From IMG/VR virus record IMGVR_UViG_3300023275_000004, positions 1 to 64,000 of that record: DNA of 64,000 nucleotides. One strand, given 5' to 3'. Shown here in pieces: positions 29,802 through 40,041 of this stretch; positions within the stretch are counted from its first letter, which is position 1, and each line of letters starts with the position of its first letter. The translations under genes and the position numbers were made by a program. Origin of the DNA: a virus. Its lineage: Duplodnaviria > Caudoviricetes. The notes beneath the pieces are model-generated. The model worked only from the letters and a program-made list of their open reading frames with translations, had not been told where the DNA came from and did no database searches.

Positions 29802-30803
29802 CACCTGAGGAGAGAAAGATCTTTTTCGGCCTGGCCTGCTTTCTCGCAGCGCTTGCCATGGTTGTGTACTACTTTTTTACTACGGTAGTGTTCTGATGCC
29901 ATACACACAAAAAATGGTAGAGCCGGTCAAACCTTCTTGTACTTGCACAAGAGGCTATTATTCTCCAGCAACAAATTCGTCTTCTTATGGCTATATCCAG
30001 GTGACTAGTCATTGTAAAGTTCATTGGCCTTTAATGCATTACCTGGTAAAGCTCAGGATCATTCACAACGAAAACCTACTCTGGATCGAGGATTGATGAA
30101 GTACGTCATCGGAGCTTTAGTGTTTGCTATTTTCATTCTCCTGGGGTATGCTTTCTACTTGACTTTAACTGCACTCTAGGGAGAAAACAATGGCTATAAA
30201 CAAAGTCAGGCTCATAGACAGAACCGTAGAATTTGTTTTAGTTGCTCTTGTTATAGCAGCGTTACTGGCAGGGATTGGCTGGGTAGTGTATTCTATAATC
30301 AACTAAGGAGAAAATAATGACTATAGGCGGACTTGCTATGGCAGTAGCTGTAGCCATGATGTGTATGGGATTCGTATTGGCAGCACAAAGTGGCAATGTG
30401 CAAAGCAAGGCGCTACGACCGCTGACTTACTTTTTCATCTGGTTTGGTTCCGCAGCATTTATGATTGGACTGGTGTTATGGCTAGTAGGCGTGTAAAAAA
30501 GTTTAAGCTTAACTTACGCATTGTCGACGCCGCCGAGGAATTCAGAAACTTGTTTGGCACCACTGAGTTCATGGGAAGAGATATCAGCCTTCCAGATTAC
30601 AGGTTTGAGATCGATACTCCTACTGGTGGTACGGTAACCTTCCATCAGGAAGCAACAGCTAGGCACGTTATGCAATACATTGAGCGGGAAGGCTGGAAAG
30701 GTTGATAGAAGTTAAAACGATCTTCTGGATACTGGTAATCCTTATGGGTGTAGGAATAGGAATCCTACTGACAAGCCTGTGACGATAGCCAGAGAGAAGA
30801 ATA

Positions 30804-31364
30804 ATGGAAAAGAGATTCGGCTTCAGCTACAACTACCCAACCGTTCCCTATGCGCAAGGTAAGGCTCTGCCACGAAGCCATGGCGATATTGGGGGGCCTC
30901 AGCACAACTACGTGACTATTCCGTGGAAGGTAGCGGAGAACGTAGATCCAGATCCACAGAATCCAGTCAGCCTAAATTCTGGCTGGACCTTCCTGTACGG
31001 CCCAACCAACGACGCGATCATCACAGCACACGCGAGGATCATGGTCGTACAAGCAGGTAGTTCTTTGCACCTACGCCTATACAAGGTAAGGTTGAATACA
31101 GACGGTAGCGAGACGATCGTCTGGACTTCAGAAAGCCCTGAGCGCTTCGTAGGCAATGGTGAAACACACGGCAGCGGAGCCAACGTATCCTACAGCTCAA
31201 CGCATCTCGACGCTACTTGGAGAGTAGCAGGATTAAACAGTGACGAAAGACTACGACTACAAGCAGACTACTGGACAGCGGTAGATCCTGACCCAGACTA
31301 CGAAACTGGAAGAATCGTAGGAGCTAGAGTAGAGGGTCACTACTACAGAGAACTCGTGTCGTAA
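30804..31364 (+). CDS. Hypothetical beta-rich protein (possible late/virion protein)
   Basis: 186 aa; preceded by the CGAT motif also seen before head genes. Confidence 0.5.
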   Translation: MEKRFGFSYNYPTVPYAQGKALPRSHGDIGGPQHNYVTIPWKVAENVDPDPQNPVSLNSGWTFLYGPTNDAIITAHARIMVVQAGSSLHLRLYKVRLNTDGSETIVWTSESPERFVGNGETHGSGANVSYSSTHLDATWRVAGLNSDERLRLQADYWTAVDPDPDYETGRIVGARVEGHYYRELVS

Positions 31365-32039
31365 AATTTTACTTGCTAATCCGCTTGAGGTCAGGTAAGA
31401 TAAAGGGACTCCTAGGATTTTTCTCTAGGAGTCCCTTCCACATCTAAGGAGATATAATGAATCGACGTAACCGTAACGGTATGGAATCAGCTCTAGTCCT
31501 ATACGCCTTCCTGCTCGTAGTAACCTTATACTTATGGATCTTCCTCTTTTAAGGAGCAGACATGAAAGTATGGATTCTCTACCAAGAACAAGAACTGGAT
31601 TTCAACCAGTGCAGTATGGAAGACGTAGAAATCTTCACCAGCCAAGAAGCAGCAGAACAAGCAGCCTACTGGCTCAACTCACGACTAAACGAATACGACC
31701 GCGACTACAACGGCTGGCACGTAGGCTCCGAAAGGACAGTACGATGACCATAGATGCCAGGAGGTTAAACCTCATTGAAAGGTTTGATCACCAATGGTGG
31801 TGGACATTCGCACTAGACCGATGCTATCCAGAAATTAATCGACACGTAGGAATATGTACCAAGTGTCTAGCTATCAAAAGCCGTAGGATAATATTATGAA
31901 TCTTGAAGACTTACTTAAACTCGCTATGTGGATGGTTATCACACTAGTAGCCGTGGCATTCTTAGTCATACCACTATCCTTTTATTTAGCATAGTAAGGA
32001 AAGCTATACAGAACTCGGCCAGCTAGCTGCTAGGAACCT

Positions 32040-32660
32040 CGCAAGGAGTCTCTTAGGAGTCCCGCTACCTTTGATAAAGGAGGTAGATGGTACCTAACCG
32101 GAGTCCCAACTACTCTAAGGAAATATGGTACCTAATTTTATTTTGACTTAGAGACTCACGCACACAGACCGGAGTCCCGTTCGGCGGGCAATATGGTACC
32201 TAGGTAGATCTTGGTTCCCAGACACACACGCAGGAGTCCCGTTCCATGGCCTACGTTGGCGGGATACCCAACCGGAGTCCCATTACCCCTAGTGATTTTT
32301 AGTTCACTGAGTTGAAAAAAGTAAAGTCAGTTTGAGCGTGTCAATTCTCTCAGAATCATTTAACCAAAAGCCTTGACAAGTCTACACATCTAATACTCAT
32401 AACCGCATACAAATTAGCTGCCTAGTTTCCTAGGATGCATGGCCCTAGCTAGCCTGCCCTCTGAGACGCACGCTAAGGCGTTAGGCATGCGTGCCCTAGC
32501 CCACGTACCCATGCGCGTAGGCTAGGCCCATAGCTAGCCATACACAGGGCCATACAGTACCCATGCATGGGCATGGGATGGTCACCCTACAGGGTAGGCC
32601 CATGGTAGGGGGCACATACAGAAGCACCCCCTCATATGAGGGGGTGCTATATGCGGGGTA
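32040..32660. repeat. Non-coding repeat-rich region at the convergence of transcription units
   Basis: About six GGAGTC(C/T) copies, three ATGGTACCTA copies, then a GC-rich CCCTA/CCCATG/TAGGG low-complexity block. Confidence 0.7.
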
Positions 32661-32662
32661 CC

Positions 32663-32833
32663 TCAGCGCAGGCTAAGCAGCAGGCCCAGGATATCCGACC
32701 ACTGCATACCCGCGTTGTAGCACTGCACCACAGCAGCACGCTCAGCAGGGGTAGTAGCAAGGTCCCACACAGCAGCCTCTTCCTGCGTACGGAGGATGGA
32801 TTCGGTAGCGGCGGTGTACTCTGTGTTCGTCAT
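32663..32833 (-). CDS. 56-aa leaderless early protein (not in ORF track)
   Basis: TTGCGT-17-TAGACT-6-ATG; MTNTEYTAATESILRTQEEAAVWDL... Confidence 0.6.
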   Translation of the reverse strand: MTNTEYTAATESILRTQEEAAVWDLATTPAERAAVVQCYNAGMQWSDILGLLLSLR

Positions 32834-33254
32834 ATCTGTAGTCTACCCATCTATGCGGCTAAACGCAAGCTTTAATCCTAGGGTTTTTATTTATCCTACG
32901 CGCAGAACGCTAGCTACTCGGTTGTGCAACCCCGCCCTGTAGCCACGTTTGGTTACGATACGGGCTGCGCCCCATGCCGTGTAGGCATGCACCGTAGCAC
33001 GGTTACCAAGCACCGAGGTAAAGGAGTTGGAATACTCCACCGCGTAGGTCTTCTTAAACATCCCGGCTCCCTAGCTCGTCTTGTATCCATAGCCTATCAG
33101 GCGAGGGGTAGAAATCAAGGGCTTGTGAGATTTTCCACAAAATCATAACCAGCCTAGTTTCCTAGGATGCTCAACTTAGCTAACCCTAAGATCTTCGGAT
33201 TCAAGGAGGACACAAAAAAGGCCCCCTCAAATGAGGGGGCCATTCAGAAAATTT

Positions 33255-33530
33255 TCACAGGGAGGGCATTTTGACCGTGCGCACCGATCCCTGAACATAT
33301 TCGTACTCGTAGGTAGCCCGGTTGAACTTCAGTTCGTAAGCCTCAAGCCAGATTGCCTCGCCAGTGCGGCAGTTGCGAGCGATGTTGTACTGCTGCTGTG
33401 CACTCTTCAGAGTGTTTGCGTAGAACTTGCTGTCAGCGGGAGTCGAGTAGCGCGCCGTGGTCTCGTTGGAGAACTGGTGACCGATGCGGTACATCGTTTT
33501 CTCCTGCGCGAACATGTCAGCGTAGCTCAT
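33255..33530 (-). CDS. Early hypothetical protein
   Basis: Preceded by conserved leader and promoter. Confidence 0.6.
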   Translation of the reverse strand: MSYADMFAQEKTMYRIGHQFSNETTARYSTPADSKFYANTLKSAQQQYNIARNCRTGEAIWLEAYELKFNRATYEYEYVQGSVRTVKMPSL

Positions 33531-33617
33531 TTTGTTCTCCCTAGCTCGTCTTGTATCTATAGCTTAGCGCACGGCTAGACGACATGCAACCCCTACCGCC
33601 AACTTTCTCAGAATTAA

Positions 33618-33824
33618 TCAGCGCGTGAGGTAGCTAGCCAACATCATGTGCGCCTTAACCTCAACCCATGATTTACCCGAGCTGCGCATAATAACTACAG
33701 CCTCGGCTGCCAGAGCCTTAGCCTCAGGAGAGGAGTAGCTTAGAAGACGGTTCCCTACCCAAAGCCTTGCCTTGATTTCTGCTTCGGCTTTAGCGGCCTT
33801 GCGAGCTTTCATCGCTGCGAACAT
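33618..33824 (-). CDS. Early hypothetical protein
   Basis: Preceded by conserved leader and promoter. Confidence 0.6.
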   Translation of the reverse strand: MFAAMKARKAAKAEAEIKARLWVGNRLLSYSSPEAKALAAEAVVIMRSSGKSWVEVKAHMMLASYLTR

Positions 33825-33913
33825 CTTCTCTCCCTAGTTCGTCTTGCTGATATCTAAAGACTACTGCCAGGCCCGACCGAAGTCAAGACCTGGCATCCTC
33901 TATTTTCAGAAAA

Positions 33914-34141
33914 TTACTTCAGATACTGCGCAACCACATTGGCGTTCGCATAGACGTTGAGCGCCAGAACTTTCTCGCCCCTGTAGTCCGCGCTAGTCCA
34001 CATGTAGTGAATGCCCGCGTCGAAGAGCCGCTGACGAATCCCGTCGATGTTGATCCGGTTCTCTTCAGTCACAGCGTAGAAAGTTACGCCCAGCGGCGGC
34101 AGAGCGTCCTGCACGACAGTCTCAACGTGATCCATGTTCAT
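33914..34141 (-). CDS. Early hypothetical protein
   Basis: Preceded by conserved leader and promoter. Confidence 0.6.
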   Translation of the reverse strand: MNMDHVETVVQDALPPLGVTFYAVTEENRINIDGIRQRLFDAGIHYMWTSADYRGEKVLALNVYANANVVAQYLK

Positions 34142-34222
34142 TGCGCGCTCCCTAGCTCGTCTTGCTGATATCTAAAGACTAGTGGGAAGCCCTGCGCTAG
34201 TCAAGACTTCCCACTAATTTTC

Positions 34223-34444
34223 TCAGATTGATTCGTACTCGACCACACTCTGATTAGTCAGGCCATCTTCCTGCACGCTCTTGATAACCCGGAACACGCC
34301 CTCCTTCTGCGCCCAGAGGTAAGCGAAAGCTTCCTGCGGCGTGAGCGTGTAGCGACCGGTCTTGCGCGATCCCTTAGCGACGTAGGCGACCCAACCCTTG
34401 CCCTCGATGAAGATCTGAACGATGTATCGAGTGGTGGTTTCCAT
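34223..34444 (-). CDS. Early hypothetical protein
   Basis: Start reassigned to METTTRY after AAGGAG RBS and TTGACA promoter. Confidence 0.55.
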   Translation of the reverse strand: METTTRYIVQIFIEGKGWVAYVAKGSRKTGRYTLTPQEAFAYLWAQKEGVFRVIKSVQEDGLTNQSVVEYESI

Positions 34445-34787
34445 GTCTAGCTCCTTCGTCGCTGCTGTGTTCCTGATAGATAGAACACTACTAGCATCAA
34501 CCACCGCTGTCAAGAGATTTTGAGAAAAAGATTTAGAGACAGCAAAGCCCGCCTCCCGTAATCGAGAGTCGGTCAAGATCATTCATCCGAGAGGTTCCGC
34601 AGCCATCATGCTTTGGATTAACGTCCGCAATTTCCTCTAAAATTTGTAAGCTCTCTGTCTTCTCAGTCGATGCTCGGCTATCTTCCCTACTTACCGAGGC
34701 TCTATGGCCTACTTCGGGAGCACTGATCAAACTAATTGGACATCCTGCTAACAATAATAACGGCTAACAGGATGTCCAACCTAATTA

Positions 34788-35234
34788 TCACTCCAAGTAC
34801 ATAGGGATGATCGTATAAGGCGTCACCGTGTTATCCGCCTTCCGCATACGTACAGGGCCAGCACTAGGAAGGTAAGCACGCTCAGGAAATATCTCGCCCT
34901 CGATAGGCTCCGCAAATTTCTTAGCAGCAGCTACAGCTGTCTTAAAGCTCATGCTCGCAGCTATCGTGCTCTCGCCCAGCCCCTCAACCTTTTCTATCAC
35001 TAGGAATACACAGGGATTATCTGACTCTATGTTCAGACGTGTATCGTCACCAGGTTCTTTCTTGCGTCTCTTGCCCACATACTTGCCAGGCTTGTCATCG
35101 TTGTTGTAGATGGGCTGATCGTTTGAAAAAGTTTTCTCGGGCACAAAGACCGGGTTAGCCGCGATATTCGCCGAGTTAACGCTGTTGTAAGGCTGGCCGG
35201 ATAACTCACTGGGGTTCTCTGTTACTTGCTTCAT
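34788..35234 (-). CDS. Hypothetical protein
   Basis: 148-aa ORF. Confidence 0.5.
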   Translation of the reverse strand: MKQVTENPSELSGQPYNSVNSANIAANPVFVPEKTFSNDQPIYNNDDKPGKYVGKRRKKEPGDDTRLNIESDNPCVFLVIEKVEGLGESTIAASMSFKTAVAAAKKFAEPIEGEIFPERAYLPSAGPVRMRKADNTVTPYTIIPMYLE

Positions 35235-35419
35235 TATTGTGTTCCCACTCTCTTTTTAGCTCTTCGTAAAATTCTTCCCACATCTCTTCCGAGTATTGAG
35301 CGCTCATCTGATCGTTGCGGGATAACTCTTCACTAGCCTCTAGGGAGTACGCATATCGTTTATCCTCCGTTGCTCGTAGGTACGCTACCGTAAAGTTGAA
35401 CCTGTAATCTTCCATACCT

Positions 35420-35863
35420 CTAGTCTAGCTCCCTGTTGATCCTCTCCCAAGGTCTCTCTCCTTCTGTCATCAGCTCAGCTATCCTGCTCTCTGTCTCTAG
35501 TCCGTATTTCCTTCTCTGTTTCAGCCTATCGCACTTGAGACATCTTCTGTGTTGCCTTCCCTTTCTATCAACGTCTAGCCGTACATTCTCTTCCGTTAAC
35601 TCATGTCCCCGGTAGCAAGAGGTCTGCATTCTTTTTTGTAGAGCGGCTGGGGAGATGACTTTTATTTCTTGGGCTAGCGTCCTGGCGGGGAGATGCTTTC
35701 TACGCTTGGGAGAATCTATTTTCCTATTATGGTATGCCCTGTTCAAGGTGCGGCGGTGGCACTCGCGGCAGCGCTTATAACTACCGCGAACATACCAATC
35801 ATCGGTACTGCACTTCTTACATTTCATGGTCGCTCTCCGATAGCCAGGAAGATATATCCTCAC
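35420..35863 (-). CDS. Zn-finger protein with HNH-associated C..GH...EN...RC..C motif
   Basis: CKKC...CREC and SCYRGHELTEEN...RRCLKC. Confidence 0.6.
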   Translation of the reverse strand: MRIYLPGYRRATMKCKKCSTDDWYVRGSYKRCRECHRRTLNRAYHNRKIDSPKRRKHLPARTLAQEIKVISPAALQKRMQTSCYRGHELTEENVRLDVDRKGRQHRRCLKCDRLKQRRKYGLETESRIAELMTEGERPWERINRELD

Positions 35864-35992
35864 ACTGTATTACTAAGTGATGACAGACTTAGCCCTCTAG
35901 CCCGCTGTAGCGCTCTCTGTGCCCCTAAACGTAGCTAAGCCGTCCTGGCCTACCTAGACGGTAGCGGACGGCTTAGAATAGGTATTGCTGGA

Positions 35993-36496
35993 TTAGCCTT
36001 CCAAGCCCTTCAGCGCGAGGCGTAAGGCTTGCATAATTGCTTTTTCTGTTTGCAAATACTTGGTGTACTGCTCAGTTACGGTAGTATCGTCTGTGTAGCT
36101 AGCAAGTGTCTTAATAAAGACTTTTTCTTTCGCCGCTGCTAAAGATAGTCGGCCCTGTAGTTCCTGCGTAAGGCTGATGATCGCGGAAGTCTGGTAAGGA
36201 TTTAATTCTGAGAAATTTACAGCCTCCTCCTTATGCATCTTGTTAGCTGGGCGCACTGCTTTGCCTTGCGTGACAACCTTCCCGTTCTCATCACGTTTGA
36301 CTTCCCACACGCTGTGCGTGCCCTCTTTGAGGGTGATCACGTCACCCTTGTAAAGTTTCTCGGCAGCGGTGCCCACGATGGTGCCGAACTTATCCATCTT
36401 GGCTAGCGAGACACGACCGGTGCTTCTGTCCATGACCATCGACTGCCCAGCCTCGATGGTCTCGTTAACCTCTAGCGTCATGCTCGGACGATTCAT
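35993..36496 (-). CDS. Hypothetical protein (N-terminal beta-clip/DUF2190-like resemblance)
   Basis: IEAGQ...IVGTAAE...GDVITL pattern; weak. Confidence 0.35.
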   Translation of the reverse strand: MNRPSMTLEVNETIEAGQSMVMDRSTGRVSLAKMDKFGTIVGTAAEKLYKGDVITLKEGTHSVWEVKRDENGKVVTQGKAVRPANKMHKEEAVNFSELNPYQTSAIISLTQELQGRLSLAAAKEKVFIKTLASYTDDTTVTEQYTKYLQTEKAIMQALRLALKGLEG

Positions 36497-36519
36497 TTTA
36501 TTTCTCCTAAAACTGTGGG

Positions 36520-36771
36520 TTACTTGTCAAGCTCCAGCATCAATCCGCCAAGCATGCCCAGCCACATCAAGAAGTCGGGGGAAGAGTGCCAGATCTCAGA
36601 ATCTGAGTGCGCGACAAAAAGCAGTTCCCCCGTCTTGTAGATATTAATTTCCATAGCATCGCCATCGTTGTCAGAAAACGTCCATCCTCCGGAGTAGGTG
36701 CTACAGCCAGTGCTCTCTACGCACTTAGGAGCCAGAGCGGTTGCGCTGTTATAGATCTCTGCGAGAGTCAT
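36520..36771 (-). CDS. Early hypothetical protein
   Basis: 83-aa ORF behind a promoter hairpin. Confidence 0.5.
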   Translation of the reverse strand: MTLAEIYNSATALAPKCVESTGCSTYSGGWTFSDNDGDAMEINIYKTGELLFVAHSDSEIWHSSPDFLMWLGMLGGLMLELDK

Positions 36772-37078
36772 TGGATTAGCCTTCCGAGAAGTCTTGGAGG
36801 AATTTCCCTACTCACAAACAATAGCAAGAGCCCTCAACCGAAGTCAAGGGCTCTTACGAAGTTTTTTAATTACTTTGTGCTAGCTTGAAAGTGTTTAATC
36901 GCCATCCCCACTGCGCGAGGCTCAGCGTTGGTAATCAGATTGCCTCCCTTGATCTTGACCACGTAGCCCCAGCGAGTCAGTACGCGACCAGCGTTGAAAA
37001 AGTCAGAAGCTAAAGACATTGACTTAGGCTTGTAAGTGAACATCAACAATCCTTCGTTAGAAGACTGACCAGAAATTT

Positions 37079-37297
37079 TCAGAACGTCCGAGGCGTGGGG
37101 ATGTTGTGCTCAGTGCAAAACTCACGGAGGATGTCTGTCGCCTCGTTGTACTTGTTTCGCGCTTTCATTTCTCGCGTGCTCTGAATACGCTGACCTTTAG
37201 CTACTCGCGCCTCACGAGCCATGCCAACCTTACCGTGAGCTAAGCGAGCTCGCGCGGTCAGAGTCTCAAGCTTCTTAATGATCTGCGCCTCAGTCAT
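37079..37297 (-). CDS. Early hypothetical protein
   Basis: Conserved leader and promoter. Confidence 0.6.
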   Translation of the reverse strand: MTEAQIIKKLETLTARARLAHGKVGMAREARVAKGQRIQSTREMKARNKYNEATDILREFCTEHNIPTPRTF

Positions 37298-37378
37298 TGA
37301 AGTCTCCCTAGCTCGTTTGCTTGTACCTAAAGCCTACCGCGCCTGTCAACCGGAGTCAACAGGCGCGGCGGAAAAACT

Positions 37379-37579
37379 TTAGCTGATTGCGTTGATCACC
37401 GGAGCATTCTCAGGAAAGCGGTCGACAACAATCGTCTCAAGCTCAGAGACAACCATGTCCGCAGAAGTGTAAGCGTCGAACACTGCATTCTGTGCTTGCG
37501 TGCCGTTAGCAGCAGCGACATAGATGAACAGGTCACCGTCGTGGTCTTCGAGGTTGATCTTGACCCGGTAGCGTGCCAT
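37379..37579 (-). CDS. Early hypothetical protein
   Basis: Conserved leader and promoter. Confidence 0.6.
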   Translation of the reverse strand: MARYRVKINLEDHDGDLFIYVAAANGTQAQNAVFDAYTSADMVVSELETIVVDRFPENAPVINAIS

Positions 37580-37664
37580 TTTATACTCCTTGGGTTGTTG
37601 TCTTGCTTGTATCTAAAGCTTAGCGCACCCCTTTCGAGGTGCGCAAGCTCTCTACCAAGATTTT

Positions 37665-37913
37665 TTAGAGAATTCCTGCTGCCTTGTAAGCCTTCTTCAA
37701 CTTACGCGGAAGGCGAGTAAGGCTGCGACTCAGCACGGGCTTAGCCGGGTAGATCGTGGCATCCATGTCCAGGGCGAGAGCGTGGCAGCGATCCAACCGC
37801 TCCGAAATTTCGGCGTACAGCTCAGCCTTTTTCATAGCGCTCCGACCAGCGATGTTCAGCGTGGCAGCGAGAGCGGAAAGGTCCTTAGCGGTGTACTCAG
37901 CGATGGTCTTCAC
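37665..37913 (-). CDS. Rho-N-terminal-like (HEH fold) small protein
   Basis: TAKDLSALAATLNIAGRSAMKKAELYAEI matches the Rho_N pattern. Confidence 0.65.
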   Translation of the reverse strand: MKTIAEYTAKDLSALAATLNIAGRSAMKKAELYAEISERLDRCHALALDMDATIYPAKPVLSRSLTRLPRKLKKAYKAAGIL

Positions 37914-37982
37914 AATTTCTCCTAAGTGAGAAGCTAAAATTTTTGATGAGAGGGGCGAGCGGATGCCCGCCCCTGCCTTGCT

Positions 37983-38201
37983 TCAGGAAATATCGGAAAG
38001 CTCTCCGGTCTCGTCAACAAACTCAACCGTGATGTTGTGAGGAGCAGCAGCCTTGCGAGCGTTGCTCAAGAACTCACGCACTCCGTCAGCGTTCCGGTAA
38101 CGCACCGACTGGCGACCAGCGACCCGCAGGTCAGCGAAGTAGCGCTCAGCGAAAGTCGGGTTGGTAGAGACCGAAACCGTGAGGGTAGCAATCCGGGCCA
38201 T
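37983..38201 (-). CDS. Early hypothetical protein
   Basis: Leader and promoter module upstream. Confidence 0.55.
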   Translation of the reverse strand: MARIATLTVSVSTNPTFAERYFADLRVAGRQSVRYRNADGVREFLSNARKAAAPHNITVEFVDETGELSDIS

Positions 38202-38287
38202 TGTCTGCTCTTTTCTCTCTGTCTTGCTGATACTCAAAGCTTAGTCCCTAGGGTGCGAGGCTGTCAACCCCGCACCCTAGAAACTTT

Positions 38288-38593
38288 TTAGCGAAGATAG
38301 GTACGGCACATGCCCTGGTGAGTCGTGGTAGTCACGCTGTAGCGAGCGTCGGGCACGCGCACCGCGCCATCCTTGGTGACGTAGGCAATCGGAGTAGCGT
38401 AGCTGACGACCGTGTAAACGATCTCGTCCGCGTTGGCGAAGTTGTTGTACTCTCGGGCATCCTCGGCGGGCATATGGCCCGTGCTGGACACTGCGCCCTC
38501 AACGCCTTTCATAGCGAACCCGCTGCGCTTAAAGGCGGTCTTGGACTCAAGGGCGGCGATGGTGAGCTGACGGGCGCGACCGTGAGTAGCCAT
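38288..38593 (-). CDS. Early hypothetical protein (SY.TPIA...YS.TT..HQ family)
   Basis: VVSYATPIA...YSVTTTTHQ motif; conserved leader. Confidence 0.65.
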   Translation of the reverse strand: MATHGRARQLTIAALESKTAFKRSGFAMKGVEGAVSSTGHMPAEDAREYNNFANADEIVYTVVSYATPIAYVTKDGAVRVPDARYSVTTTTHQGMCRTYLR

Positions 38594-39743
38594 TTTGTTC
38601 TCCTTGGGTTGTTGTCTTGCTTGTATCTAAACCCTACCTAGAATCCGTCCTGATTGCAAGCCTTAGAAAGAACTTTTCTTGTGAGTTAGTTCACAAGAGA
38701 GACCATAATGTTGACCGCGCAGGTGATCAGAAAGCCAGCAAAGCAGATGCCAGCAAGAGAAAATTTGCGCGCTGTAGCAAAAACAATTCCACCACATAGC
38801 AGGAAGACAGCGACAGTGATCATTAGTTTCACCTCCAATTATTTTTATACAGTAAACACTACAGGACCTTGGCTTTCTCAGTCAAGGTCCTGTAATTTTT
38901 CTTTAGAAGATCCACTCTAGAAACTTCCTCCAGAGACTCTTCTTACTTTCGCGGATGGCTTCCCAACTGCTACCAGGGGAGTCAAGAGTCCAGCCCTGTT
39001 CCTTCTTCCTAAAGATACCCACTGTGCTCTCCTAACTACTGGATTGCTTATAGTAATTATTTTAGCACAGTGGGTATTTAGTTGTCTAGTTTGCGATCTT
39101 CCACATTTGGTAGATTGTCCATCCGGGGTCGTCCGCGTACACTGCCGTGACGTACTTCTTAGCCCTCTTGGCATTGCACTTAGCAACATAGTGAGTGAAA
39201 GTGACGGTACTGTTCCTCATGACGATCTTGTATGTCCTCATAGATAAAACAATAGCAGCGCCCTCAACGAGTGTCAAGGGCGCTGCTCAAGATTTTTAGT
39301 TGACTTTTACCAGCCTCAAACGGTCCGCACTTGTACCATAGACCCAGTGACCTTGATAGCGGTACGCCTCCCACTCATACTCTCGGCCATCTGTGTCAGT
39401 AGACTTGAAGCTAGCCGTACGCTCCACTCCTCCACCACGAAGGCTAAGAAATTTTGCTGTCTCTGTGTAGTGCCCGAAATCTAGCGTGACCTCGGTTCCG
39501 GGCACAAGGCTATCGATTCGCATTTTAGCCCTCAACAATCTCAACGTCAGCGACGGTAACGCCATTTGCATCCATTTCCCACGAAAACGCAAACTCGATG
39601 CGGTCGAAGTTGTCAACAGGAACGAACTCTACGGTGTGGATACGACCGGAATCAACGTCACGGTAGCGAATGGTGTAGGTCACTTCTGCCTCCTCGGTAG
39701 CTTGTATCTAAAGTCTAGCAGCAGCTCACGAGAATAGCAAGCC

Positions 39744-39986
39744 TCAGTGTCGCCAGTTCATAACGAATCCGTCAGTTTTTTCCAGATCTTTGCCTTCTAT
39801 CAACTCGGCCCAGACGATCTCAAATTCCCAAGCTGCACGAAGCCGAATAATTTTCTCAGCATCGCTCAACGAAATTCCAGATTCTTTACGGAGGATGTCC
39901 ATGAGATCATCATCAGCGTCACTGCTTTGCATGTACTTTGAGAGGAAGTCTTCAAGGATAGTTTCGTAGTTCATCGTCTTAGTCAT
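39744..39986 (-). CDS. Leaderless early hypothetical protein
   Basis: TTGACT-18-TACTGT-6-ATG. Confidence 0.55.
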   Translation of the reverse strand: MTKTMNYETILEDFLSKYMQSSDADDDLMDILRKESGISLSDAEKIIRLRAAWEFEIVWAELIEGKDLEKTDGFVMNWRH

Positions 39987-40041
39987 GTATAGACAGTAAC
40001 AGGCTCCCTCAACCGAAGTCAAGGGAGCCTGTCAAGATTCT

